Source: Balanoglossus misakiensis (Eukaryota > Animalia > Hemichordata). From it: a DNA stretch of 64,000 nucleotides. Positions 47,301 to 57,689 of this stretch are shown here, one piece after another (position 1 is the first letter of the stretch; each line of letters begins with the position of its first letter). Position numbers and translations under genes: made by a program. The DNA lies in assembly GCA_040954595.2 (NCBI GenBank), contig CM082579.2, positions 10,715,625-10,779,624 of the forward strand, written 5' to 3'. The notes below the pieces were generated by a model, which saw nothing but the letters and a program-made list of their open reading frames with translations, was not told where the DNA came from and searched no databases.

Positions 47301-50300
47301 TTTCTTTGCGTGTATCACCATCAAAAAAAGCCTGGCCTTTGGGTTTGGTTGGGTCTTCACTTTCAGGGATCTCTTCCCCGCTGTCTTTTCTTTTCCTGTA
47401 CACTTCATATGCCGACTCATCATGCAAGATAAAACCATCTATGTACGCTTTCTTCATCAACATAAATGGAAGACCTGAGAAAAAAAATCAAGTGATCAGT
47501 TGTGAACTAAACAGGACCATTGTCTCATTACATTATAAGATTTGTAGACATAAACCAGATATTTTAGTAGGCAAGTTTCAAAACCTTTTGGCATAGTATT
47601 GTAAAACACTTACCAATTCGACAAGAAAAAAATAATAGTTTGCCATTATTAAAACGGAAATTAAAGATTACCACGGTTGAAATAGAAAACTAGAATTTTC
47701 GGTCAGTTAATAAACGAAATTGTTACCAGAAATTTGCGATATTAACGTTTATTTACAATAAAAGAACTAAATCTATAAAATACCAACTGATAACTGAATG
47801 ACCAGTCATATATTGATCCGCCCCGCAAAACATAGTCCCCATTTCATCACGAGTTTACAGTACACACATGCTACAAAAATGTGCTGAACACATTAACATA
47901 TGGAGATTGTTTCCAGTGGCATAAATTCGCGCGATATCTAGAAAATACAACCGTTTTTTTTTAGTCTGTCGCCAACCACGTACACCACTGTCGTCTGCAC
48001 ATGACCTGATCACATTGTAGTTCCGGTTCGTGTACAACACATCGCACAATTGGATAATATTTGCTCGTTCTGAGGGGTATGGATATCATTATCCAATCAG
48101 AGCTTGTGTCAGATAACAGTTGTCTGTGTGCGCATTAACACAGCATGACAGAGTGTGGGATCAATTTGGTCCCACACTCTCTATCCCACACGCCCAGCGG
48201 CCAGAAGTGTAAGAATGCAATTTCTGGGAAAGCGTGAATGACTATTGCCATATTGATGAATCTCGTGCAATAATAACTTTTCTGGAAAGACATGGGAAAC
48301 TCTACTAAGTTCTACTGTCTCAATGTATAGTGTACCTTCCACTTCTCAGACTCATTTGTGTGAGATATGAAGCAACTGACAGGCAGTCTACATGCTTCTA
48401 ACTACATGTACATGTAATTACGACTACCAGTCACTAATGATGTTGTGTTCTCACATAAAATTCAAAGACATTCATTTGGGATCCACCATGATAAGAATAA
48501 ATGTTCAAACAACACATATGAAATATTGATTTTTAGTAAATATTAATTTTACCTTTTTTGCGTAAATGGTCTTCATCTTTTTCAGCCTCACGTTCGCTGA
48601 TGTCCATATTGATGAGTATATGGTTCACCTGTTAAAATTAAAAGACAGACCTTGATTGCCCTCCAAATCATAAGAGTTTATTCCCTGAGAGAGGTGACTA
48701 CATATCTTCCTATTCTCCAGTAATTCATCACCTGCAACTTGGCAGAAAATCATGACTTACTGAAGCATAGCTTAGCAGAATTCTACTCCAGTTTTTACAA
48801 TAAAAACAGATCAAGGTGCACAGAAGGAATGTACTGACCACCAATTTTTTTGATCAGAACAGTAAAACCCCCAATTTTGTATGCATTTCACATCCAACGC
48901 AAAAATGAGAAGCCATCTGTGGTTTAGACCAAAATGAAATGTTGTTCAGACTGGACAGTTTATGGTGGTGTAACACCAGTGTTGGGCCTGGGCCACCGTA
49001 AAATAACAGACTTGGTGACTTAGTTTGGTACCGCTATGATGGAGGGTTCAGGGCAAACATAAAATCTGGGCCAACACAAATTTGCTTTTCTCAAATGTTC
49101 ATTTTGAATAATACATGCAGTGAAAATGCCTTTGATGATTAAAAATAGCGAGTGGCGGCCATAATTGTCGTCTTGTGTGTAGAAAACGCATTACTTAAAG
49201 GGGAAATCCGTCGTAGCTGATTTCTACATAATTTGGTAGCTTTGATGTCACTCTTTCAGAAAAAAACATATTCGCCATGTATAGGTCGCGCGATTTTTTA
49301 CAAAATCTAGTGAAAGTTGGCAGAATTTCCAATATGGCGTTTACTGTAATTTGAATCATGGGAAAAAAAGCGCCAGGACCAACTTCCGCCCACCATAGTG
49401 TGGGTGATACCATTCTCCGATAGGTGTCACTGGGCGACAGACTAGGCGTATTTTCAAAGCTATTGTTTGTTCTTTGCATCAGTTGATAAACAATCATCAG
49501 CAAAGTCGAAAATTTGTCATCTATTGACAGTTTTCATGAGCTATAACCCATGGAAAATATGCAAATACGCTTAGCTTGTGACGCAGTGACACCAATCGGA
49601 AAATGGTATCACCCACACTAAGGTGGGCGGAAGTTGGTCCTGGCGCTTTTTTTCCCATGATTCAAATTACAGTAAACGCCATATTGGAAATTCTGCCAAC
49701 TTTCCCTAGATTTTGTAAAAAATCGCGCGACCTATACATGGCGAATATGTTTTTTCCTGAAAGAGTGACATCAAAGCTACCAAATTATGTTGAAATCAGC
49801 TACGACGGATTTCCCCTTTAACTTGCCATTTTAAAATTTGACAGGTCAGAGGTCCCAAAGGATGGTAAATGTACGTCAGTCCAAAGTCAGGTCAAAATCT
49901 TTTCCCCAAAAGACAATTTTTTATGTTGACCTAAATTTTGGTCAGATTGGCGAATGTGAACGTAGATGAATGCTCTAGTATGTATGACCCTGTAACAAAA
50001 CACAACTGAGTTTCTTCCCTAGGTCGACACGTCTTTGTTAGACTTGCAATGATTTATATTATCACCGGGTTTCTTTCAACTGAGACTGACAGCACTTTAT
50101 ACAATCGCTTTGTTTCCTATCAACTGGACCGATAAAAAAAATGGTCAGTAAATTGTTTTCCTTTGGAAAAATTTTTCTACTTGTACATAAACAAATTGTT
50201 CAAGCATGTGGTGCACATTTCTGATCGTATTGATACTTGTAAACTCACCAGAAATGATCGTAGAGCTGGTCTGAAGAATGTCTCAGGATCTTCAAATCCT

Positions 50301-51714
50301 TTGAATACATGCCTTTTGGCAGTTTCATATGGTGCACTAACATAGTCCTCTGCATAAAAATATAATTATAAAATTAGTACTGCATGTTTCATAACACATC
50401 CACAAAGTTCTTCTACTGTTGTCTTTATACCGTACAAGGTTACGCTGTGACGTTACGGGTGAATAAATATGTTGGAGAACATACCTAGAAACTTGCAAAA
50501 AAAAATTTGAAATTCAGTCTCAAAAAAGATATTTATGCACATCATCATGAGGAGACCTGTACCCTACGAACTCTGCAAACCAAACTCTCAGGAGAATTTT
50601 TATTTCGTGTATAGTCAACAGTCTCATCCTGCAGTAAATAATGTTGTGATTTAATTCACTTTTGAGAAAGAATATTTAAACATTTAAAGATATTGAAAGT
50701 TGGTTGCCTTGTTTATTTCACAGTGTTAAAGTTCACATGGGCGTCCACCTTACTGACTTCTGTGCCTCATGCTCCCAAAATACTGTAAAACACTTTATTT
50801 TTGCGAGCAATAAATTTTCGAGAAATACGCAAGAGCCAAAATAGCGTGAAAATAAACGGTCGCATAATTTTTTGTGACGATAACGATGCAGTAAATGAAA
50901 TAAGAGAATGCGAATATTAATACTTGTGAAACAGTGGCCTCTCTCAATATCGCGAAAACTTTAACTCACGAAAATAAAGTGTTTTACAGTAGTACTTACG
51001 TTCATTATCAGTTACAAAGTACTTGCTGCATCTTGAAAAACAACCAGTTTCTTCACTTTCTTGGATTGCTCCCTGTAAAAAAACACACAAAAAATTCAAT
51101 GAATTCTCAAGTGCACATGTGTGGTTTGAGACCTCATCCAATTTTGGTCTCACTGGCTACATCCCCACAGATGCAGGAAATAAAAAAGCAAACATGGCCA
51201 CTGGTCAAAATAATTGGTCCAGACAAATGAAGCCCAATGCATTAGCTTCTATGGAGTCTATAAAACATACTTCTCTTAGAGGCATCTGAAGGTGTACTTT
51301 TTCTGCTTCTTCACTCATTCTTGGAAACGGACAATGTAATTTCACAAAAGTCAACTCTCCAATCACTTCCTTCTCAATCTGCATCTTTTCTTCGTGTGTC
51401 AACACATGTTCCATCCGTTGTCGAAGTTTCTCATTTTTCTGATAATGTTTGAGTGCTTTACCCTCCAGCCCATCGAGTTCTACATTTTCTTGAACTAACA
51501 CATAGTCAATTCTTTTCAATGGTGGTGTCTTCACAGGCAAAGACTCCTTCCTTGGTGATTTGTGGTCTCTTAGGGATCTCTTCTTCTTTTTCCTCTTCTT
51601 GGGTTTATACAAATAATTTTCTTCATCCCTATTCATATCCGTTCCCCCATTGTAGCCGATTATTGGAACTGTTGCCAAGGGAACAGAGTCTCGCCTTGAG
51701 TCATCATCATCCAT
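35361..51714 (-). CDS. Anoctamin (TMEM16) family channel/scramblase, 19 coding exons, ~949 aa; subfamily not assignable by eye
   Basis: Exons 51714-51271, 51072-51000, 50349-50249, 48628-48553, 47474-47132, 45918-45826, 45548-45454, 45168-45047, 44520-44431, 43590-43441, 42876-42840, 42482-42373, 41827-41679, 40877-40658, 40022-39893, 39709-39573, 39362-39282, 38990-38752, 35520-35361 total 2850 nt in frame. Motifs RIDYVLV, FVKLHCP, QPLWKIRNYFGEKIAFYFAW, FLEIWKR, ENHRTQTSY, FQFVNSY, PLAP, IRVDAKR, RRPV..AQDIGMW, IPDVP. Confidence 0.95.
36185..36460. mobile_element. MITE family C (TCGTCTCACGCGCATGCG...GCGTGTGAGACGAG)
   Basis: Near-identical to 42971-43272 and to the reverse complement of 62581-62884. 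Left end is TTAA|AGGC; the right TTAA is not evident. Confidence 0.85.
36829..37973. mobile_element. Degenerate Kolobok-like DNA transposon relic
   Basis: TTAA|AGAGGAAC ... GTTCCACT|TTAA ends, CpG-rich interior, and broken minus-strand frames with GYNFEP, WCG..CC and YR....HGIL motifs. Confidence 0.5.
38268..38628. mobile_element. hAT-like MITE (CAGTGTTTTTG...CAAAAACACTG)
   Basis: 11-bp perfect inverted ends and internal TTACCGGGGTTCCC repeats. No clean target duplication seen. Confidence 0.6.
42971..43272. mobile_element. MITE family C, TTAA-flanked (Kolobok-type AG...CT ends)
   Basis: TTAA|AGGCAATAGGTCGTCTCACGCGCA ... TGCGTGTGAGACGAGCTAGGCGCT|TTAA. Confidence 0.85.
43624..43922. mobile_element. 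piggyBac-type MITE family B copy
   Basis: TTAA|CCCTAA ... TTAGGG|TTAA; matches 6024-6330. Confidence 0.85.
46166..46255. mobile_element. 90-bp piggyBac-type MITE
   Basis: TTAA|CCCTTTTACC ... GGTAAAAGGG|TTAA. Confidence 0.7.
46499..47036. mobile_element. Non-autonomous element with an inverted-repeat-bounded body plus a terminal hairpin (Crypton-like architecture)
   Basis: ATTATATCA (46499) ... TGATATAAT (46886), followed by a ~140-bp hairpin AGCAATAACCCCCGCC ... GGCGGGGGTTATTGCT (46892-47033). Confidence 0.65.
49199..49817. mobile_element. Fold-back MITE with ~230-bp inverted arms and TTAA target (Kolobok-type ends)
   Basis: TTAA|AGGGGAAATCCGTCG ... CGACGGATTTCCCCT|TTAA. The arms are nearly identical, producing the mirror ORFs at 49195(-) and 49603(+). 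Confidence 0.9.
50783..50989. mobile_element. MITE family A copy in an anoctamin intron
   Basis: TA|CTGTAAAACACTTTATTTT ... AAAATAAAGTGTTTTACAG|TA, ending 10 nt from the donor at 50999. Confidence 0.9.
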
Positions 51715-52678
51715 GTCTGAAACCTGGAAATTGAAAGGCATCAATTTATCAAAACATAATCATCAGACAATTTAACAAATTAAACTTTGGAATACTTGGC
51801 ATGTCAATCAATCTGATTGTACAACCAGTGCAGTACTGGGCAGCAACTTGTCATCAAAATCAATGCAACACACAACGACATAAATAAGAACATGATATCA
51901 GTATACAGTATTGACTGGCCATGAGGGCAACAGCATACGTCTGTAACTGAAAGACGTATACTGATGCCTGAATTGGCGGAGTGGGTGAACTAATGTCTCT
52001 GTGCTAATGTCTCATGTTTTGCAGTTGCATCACACACACAAGTACAGTCCCAAATCATTTTACAGGATTATCCGCTTAATTAGATTAATCCAGTCAACAA
52101 TTGTCCATATCACGGTCACTCCACACATGGATGCTACCAGTCTACTAATAACTAGGCTTCATCCTTTACACAGCAGATCACATTCACAGATGAGGTGTTG
52201 GAATGAATGATTGCAATAATTAGCATCTTATAATTGATTCAACCGGAAAATAATTATTTTCAAGTTGAATCTATGATTCCGACACCTGTGGCAGTGATCA
52301 TCACTAGCTATACAATATTCTGAGGATACTTATCATGGTGAAAAAATGTACGTGTCATATTCAGGTATTAACAAGCTTTTGGTTCCTTTTAACTTTTTTC
52401 ATAATATTGTAACAGATTGAACACACGTACACATCACATGTATATTTATCCTTTACAGCAATGATCATCGTAGCAGGTTCAAGATGGTGTTGTCGGCACC
52501 ACTGCACTACGGATCACCAATCAACCGAGCGGTGCCCGCTACAATCATTGTTAGCTGCAAGCACAGTCGTCAGCTATGCGCTCTGAGCTGCAGCTATCGT
52601 GTTCCCTGCCATGTTGAACATTCAGTAAAATCGTCGATGTCAGATTTTATGCCGAGATTGACAATTGTATCAACAAAC

Positions 52679-52940
52679 CTTAAAGTTTCCAGGTCACCCT
52701 CTGTGCGGATAGCTCATGGACTCCGTCGAGATTCTGCAATCTCCGAATCGATGAACCGATACGATAAGGGAAGAAGATGGCGGTCACGGAGTTAACGTTG
52801 TTTTCTGTGTCTACCACGTGATCAGTGTTGCCATCGACCGTTGTTGCTACCATGTATGTTTTCCTTTCACTCATGCGTGTAAACACGTCGCGTCATCTAA
52901 TGAATATTTAGCACTTTTACTGCGTTGACCTTTGACCGGC
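52679..52940 (-). promoter_or_regulatory. Probable 5' UTR exon and promoter of the anoctamin gene
   Basis: CpG-rich, donor AAG|GTTTGT at 52679, acceptor at 51723 just before the ATG, and a DR1-like TGACCTTTGACCG at 52926-52938. Confidence 0.45.
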
Positions 52941-55588
52941 GTATCCGGTCAGCCCCACACTGAATCGTCCAGTCCGCTCGCACGGGTCGTTGACTCGACC
53001 GCCACAGTCTGTCCCCAGCAAGCAAGACCTTGGCGGGCGAAGATACCCACACCACAGTCAGTTAGAGTTCACGGGTTCTCGCAACGCTGGCCGCCGTTAT
53101 GTAGTAAAAGAGAAGGTATTAAATAGGCGACATCGCCCGGAAATCCGTCATGTTGGAGTAGCGCCTGGTGCGAAAGCGGTTGCCCCGCGTTACCGGTTTG
53201 CCTCAAATGAACTGACATCTGCACTACACGTTTTCTGTATGTATTTAGGCCTATTGTCATTTAATATTTCAACTAATTATCTTTTCAGTGATGATATGAA
53301 ATTAAACTACTATTAGCCTATTCAACGGTTCCGTGAACTTTTGATAATTGACACTGATTGCATCACTTCAGATGCATATGAAATTGGAATAAGATATTAG
53401 GGCCTAATTTCCACAATCTTATTTGACTTTTTCCGCAGTGTTCATTGTGTTTGAGTTTCATTTTTTGGGTACGGCCTAAAAAACATTGTCAGAGTTTGGA
53501 GAAACAATATCCAGTGGAGCAGGTAGAAAAACGAATGCCTCTCATTGAACTCTTCCTGATTCCCCGGATAACAATTACATGTGCAGTTGAGTCCCACCCC
53601 CGGGTCCACCCCTTTTAAATCTCAGGATTTTAGCTAAATTCAAATACAGTCTCGTGATTTTTGTTGATTATCAATAGCTTATAATTTATTTTCTTTTTTC
53701 TTTTTTCTTTTCATTATCATTATTGTGACAAGCCCGTTAAATTTCTAGGTCGTTATCCATCATGCATTACTGCAAGTGTTTACTCGTTATTGCTCACTAC
53801 AAGTTCTACAAACACCTTTCTTGAGCGGAATATAGGCCTAAGAGTTGACAACAGTGTATTCCGCCGTATAGCGGGAAAGTTACCCGCGCTGGTTTAACAC
53901 TACAAAAATGGGTCTCCTTTCCTTCGATATCCAGGTGATCACAAAATATGTCGCAAGTGTTTACAGGCTGCCAAAATTCACATAAAATTCTTCATCGCTT
54001 CTACCTATCCTGCAAAATCCTCACGTACCATTGAGCCATATTACCAATCTGATTACATCTGATTTTAATCAGATTGGCCATATTACTTGCATTTGCATCA
54101 GTTTGTCTTTCTTGTGGCGAGGCGCACACTGTAGTGACAGCATTCCCTACATCTGATTTTAATCAGATTGGATAGTTATATACTCTTTGTATGGAGGCAG
54201 ATTAAACAGGTGTGGCATCTGTTAGCACAAATTAACTTCACTGACCCCATTTCCGTTGCACAGTAGCACAACGCCTCCGTACGCGCCGCACAGGTACCGC
54301 GGTGGCACCTTTGCGCTGTTTTAGTAAAACACCATTTACTTAGGAAAACTTAATATGACTAAGACCAAACGACATGTGACTACCATGGCAAATTTTATGC
54401 CGTTTAGACAAAAAATTCACATGTCATTAATTTGCTCCACTTGTAGGCCTACGGTATGCACAGAAAAAAATACTTGAAACATTTTAGCTATATCTAGGCC
54501 TACTGTGTTTCCCGGATCACACTGCAATATTTTCTTGCCCCAACAAGCTGGCACTGGAGTTTCTTGAGATTTCCAGTCCGTATTTTTCATTTTAATCAAC
54601 TCTTCCTATTCTATTTTTGTCCTCCAGGTGGCGCGGTTTCTCTCGACATGTTCAGACGATATACTAGTACTTTAAGTGCTAGCACACCGACGAAGTGACG
54701 GATTGTACGTGTATTGGTCCACATATATTGCGATTACAACAGTTAACACAATTGCGCATGTCGCAATTGGTCCGTGAACTATGTACGTGGGCGAGTTCCG
54801 TTCGTGATCAATGATGAAATCGGCCTCTAAACATACAAGTTACAAAACAAATGGCGTGTACTGTGATGTACGTGCCCTCTATATAGAGTTCAGTGCTCGC
54901 ACTCAGAAGAAATTGCCCTATTAAAATTGAACAGATAGAAACCAGAGGAGAAAAGACGAGGAGGTGATAAGAAAAATAAGTGACGTGATCACGATGATGA
55001 TGCGTTATTAATGAGAGAGAGGGGGGACGTTTATACTCCATTCTCCTGAATCGGAGCTTTACCACCGTCGCAAAAAAGGGGCTTTCATTTAAATTTCATT
55101 TGTCGATGCTGTAAAAGAACACTATCGTGACAAAAAAAACAAGGTCACCCAACTAGGTTCTGTCAGTGAAATGATTAGAAGACATAGGCTACCTTTTACT
55201 GAACTCTAAACTCGCTAAATAACGTCAAACTTGGGTCTCCTATTTTAAGAACTGGATTGAACCTGGCGTTCGAAATGCATATCAATGTCTCACCCTTTCC
55301 AATAGTTGATGACTCGTATCCCTTCTGTCTAAAAATGGAAAACAAATAATTGCTCTGTTCAGCATTGCCATGTAGCTGTATCTCAGATGTCTCTCCATGC
55401 CCTATTTTGTAAATAAGGGGTGTTTTGTTTAAATTTTCTTGTTTTATTTCACAAAAAGCTGTCTTCTCGTTGAACCGCTTGGAAATTGGTGTCTTAAAAT
55501 TTTGCGGAACAAGCATGGATGCCCACTTTCCCTGGAAAGCCATTCTCCTTGACACATCGTATGCGCAACAACAACTGGATTTCACTAA

Positions 55589-56399
55589 GGCTGCATTCAC
55601 AAACACCTCTGGAGGGGGGGGGGGGCGGGAGAATTCAAATTTTTTTACCGCTAATTTTCACATGCCCCCCTTCCGAACTGCCAATATTTTCAAATCCCCC
55701 CCTTCCGAACTGCCAAAATTTTGAAATCCCCCCCCCCATTTTCTTTCACTGAGAAAAACACATCACCTATCTATCTTGTAAAAAGAAAAACAGCGCTCCC
55801 ATGAAAAGAATTTGAAACTGATGTTTCCCCTCATCAGTGGGTATTAAAACTGAACATTGTTTTTATTTTTTAAGTACATATATTTGTATTCTGTGTTGGG
55901 AGACATTGTAAACCGAGAATTGAAGGGGGTGGGTTTGCATGGGAGGGGGTGTCCCCCTCCCACGTAAGAAAATTTTCTAAAATACAGAGCTCAAAGCTGC
56001 ATTTTAATGAACCCGGCAAAAGCAAATTAACTCAACTACTGGTATGTTGGGGAGGACAAATTTAACCGTCGCCGCTCAAAGTTATCATGGGGTGGGGGGC
56101 AAGTCCCCTGACCTGGGACGCTAGATAAACCAGTCAATGATTGAAAGGTGTTGATGAATGGAGGGGGTGGGTGTGGGAGGGGGTGTCCCCCTCCCACATT
56201 AGAAAATTTTGTAAAATAAAGGGCGCGAAACTGCATTTTTGTGGACTCAAAATAAATATTTAGTCGTTAAAGTTTTCAAGTCCCCCCCTTTCAGTCCCTA
56301 AATTATTTCAAATCCCCCCCTTACATACCCTCAATTTTTTCAAATCCCCCCCCCTCAATTCTCCTGCCCCCCCCTCCAGAGGTGTTTGTGAATGCAGCC
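55589..56399. mobile_element. PIF/Harbinger-type MITE
   Basis: TAA|GGCTGCATTCACAAACACCTCTGGAGGGGGGG ... CCCCCCCTCCAGAGGTGTTTGTGAATGCAGCC|TAA, with internal AAATCCCCCCC subrepeats. Confidence 0.88.
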
Positions 56400-57279
56400 T
56401 AAGCTTGAAATGAAAGACATTACTTTTTTTACTGTTCGGCTTACATAATGGAATTTGACACCGTGCTGTCAAATTTCCAATTCTAAAATGTGACCCCCCC
56501 CCCCCAAGAGGTTTCTAAAATGTTACCCCACCTGGACAAGTTTGTAAAATGTGAGTATGTGACCCTAAGCTTCCCCGATTTCTCCGGCCCACCCCCGTTT
56601 GTTATGAAAACTACCTAACGCAATAGTTGTTGACCTAAGGACATGCGGTTTTGGGCGATGTGGTCCTCACGAGGTCCTCACCCTTGGTTCGGTCAATGTT
56701 CGCTGGGCGGGGTCACGCACCATATCGAAGATAAAGCTGGTCCTTGTCACAGCAACCCACGTCATTTCACAAAGTACAGTATAATTGGCCCGCACTTATT
56801 TCTGGCACCATTCATACGTGCGGTCCGAACGGGCGAGGAAGGAAAACCAACATAATAAAGTGTTAGGCTACATACGTACCGCCATGAAAATAAGATGATA
56901 AATTTATTTGACTTGATACTTCCATGATCTGGCGTTTGAGCGGCCAGATGAATGTAAAGCGGGCCCACAAAACGTTTCGAGTACAAAGCGATGTACGTAC
57001 GTACATACACATGATTGATCTATTGATATCAATATCAGAAGGGCCGATCAATCAGCAGTTGTCACATAACAAACCGCAGTCATGTCACGGTGTAAAAGTT
57101 CGGTTAGCGAATCCAAGGTTTGTGGTGTGCACAAACCCAATATTTCTTATTCATAAACTTTTGCCCTGTCAACAACAGTTTCGTGTACTTTTGCACACGT
57201 ACACCCGCGCAGCTACGTTCCTACATCCCTCTGCCGATTATTCGGCGGCGAAAAGGTTAAAAGATCACTCACAAGAGGG

Positions 57280-57615
57280 TTTGTTGACGTGGGGTATCTA
57301 ACAACAAACTTAGCAGTCAAAAAGGCTAATCTTAATTCATATACAAACGAGGAACTTTTTCTATTGGACGAATCCGGGTCAAGGGGGACTTCCTGTGAGC
57401 TCATTGGTCCATTACGTGAATAAACCTATAGTTTTGCTGAATGAGTAATCCATCAAGATCGCTATCTTATCCAAATTTGGATAGAGTCTTCCTACGTCAA
57501 TGATTTGCAATGCAAATTAATCCTTATATGGTAAAAGAATGTCGTGAGTCGTGGCTGGTAGTGGAGCTGATTCTCTTTGATAGTCCCATTCATAACTCGT
57601 GTGTGATATATGCTT
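57280..57615 (+). promoter_or_regulatory. KLF5 proximal promoter with two CArG boxes, octamer, CRE-like, kappaB/ETS and CCAAT motifs
   Basis: CCAAATTTGG 57471-57480, CCTTATATGG 57522-57531, ATGCAAAT 57510-57517, TACGTCA 57493-57499, GGGGACTTCC 57384-57393. Confidence 0.65.
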
Positions 57616-57689
57616 CAGAGAGGGGGAAGCGATCAGGCAATTGTAACTTCGTGACTCTGTTTATTACTTACAAGTTTTTTTTTTTAAGT

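Noticed and set aside
49195-49821. Two near-identical ORFs on opposite strands
   Set aside because: They are the mirror arms of a fold-back MITE, not genes.
54044-54171. Repeated ATCTGATTTTAATCAGATTGG palindromes
   Set aside because: Probably a degraded repeat; function cannot be supported from sequence alone.
55655-56370. Spaced AAATCCCCCCC repeats resembling an array
   Set aside because: Subterminal repeats of a Harbinger-type MITE; no CRISPR repeat-spacer structure or cas genes, and the DNA is eukaryotic.
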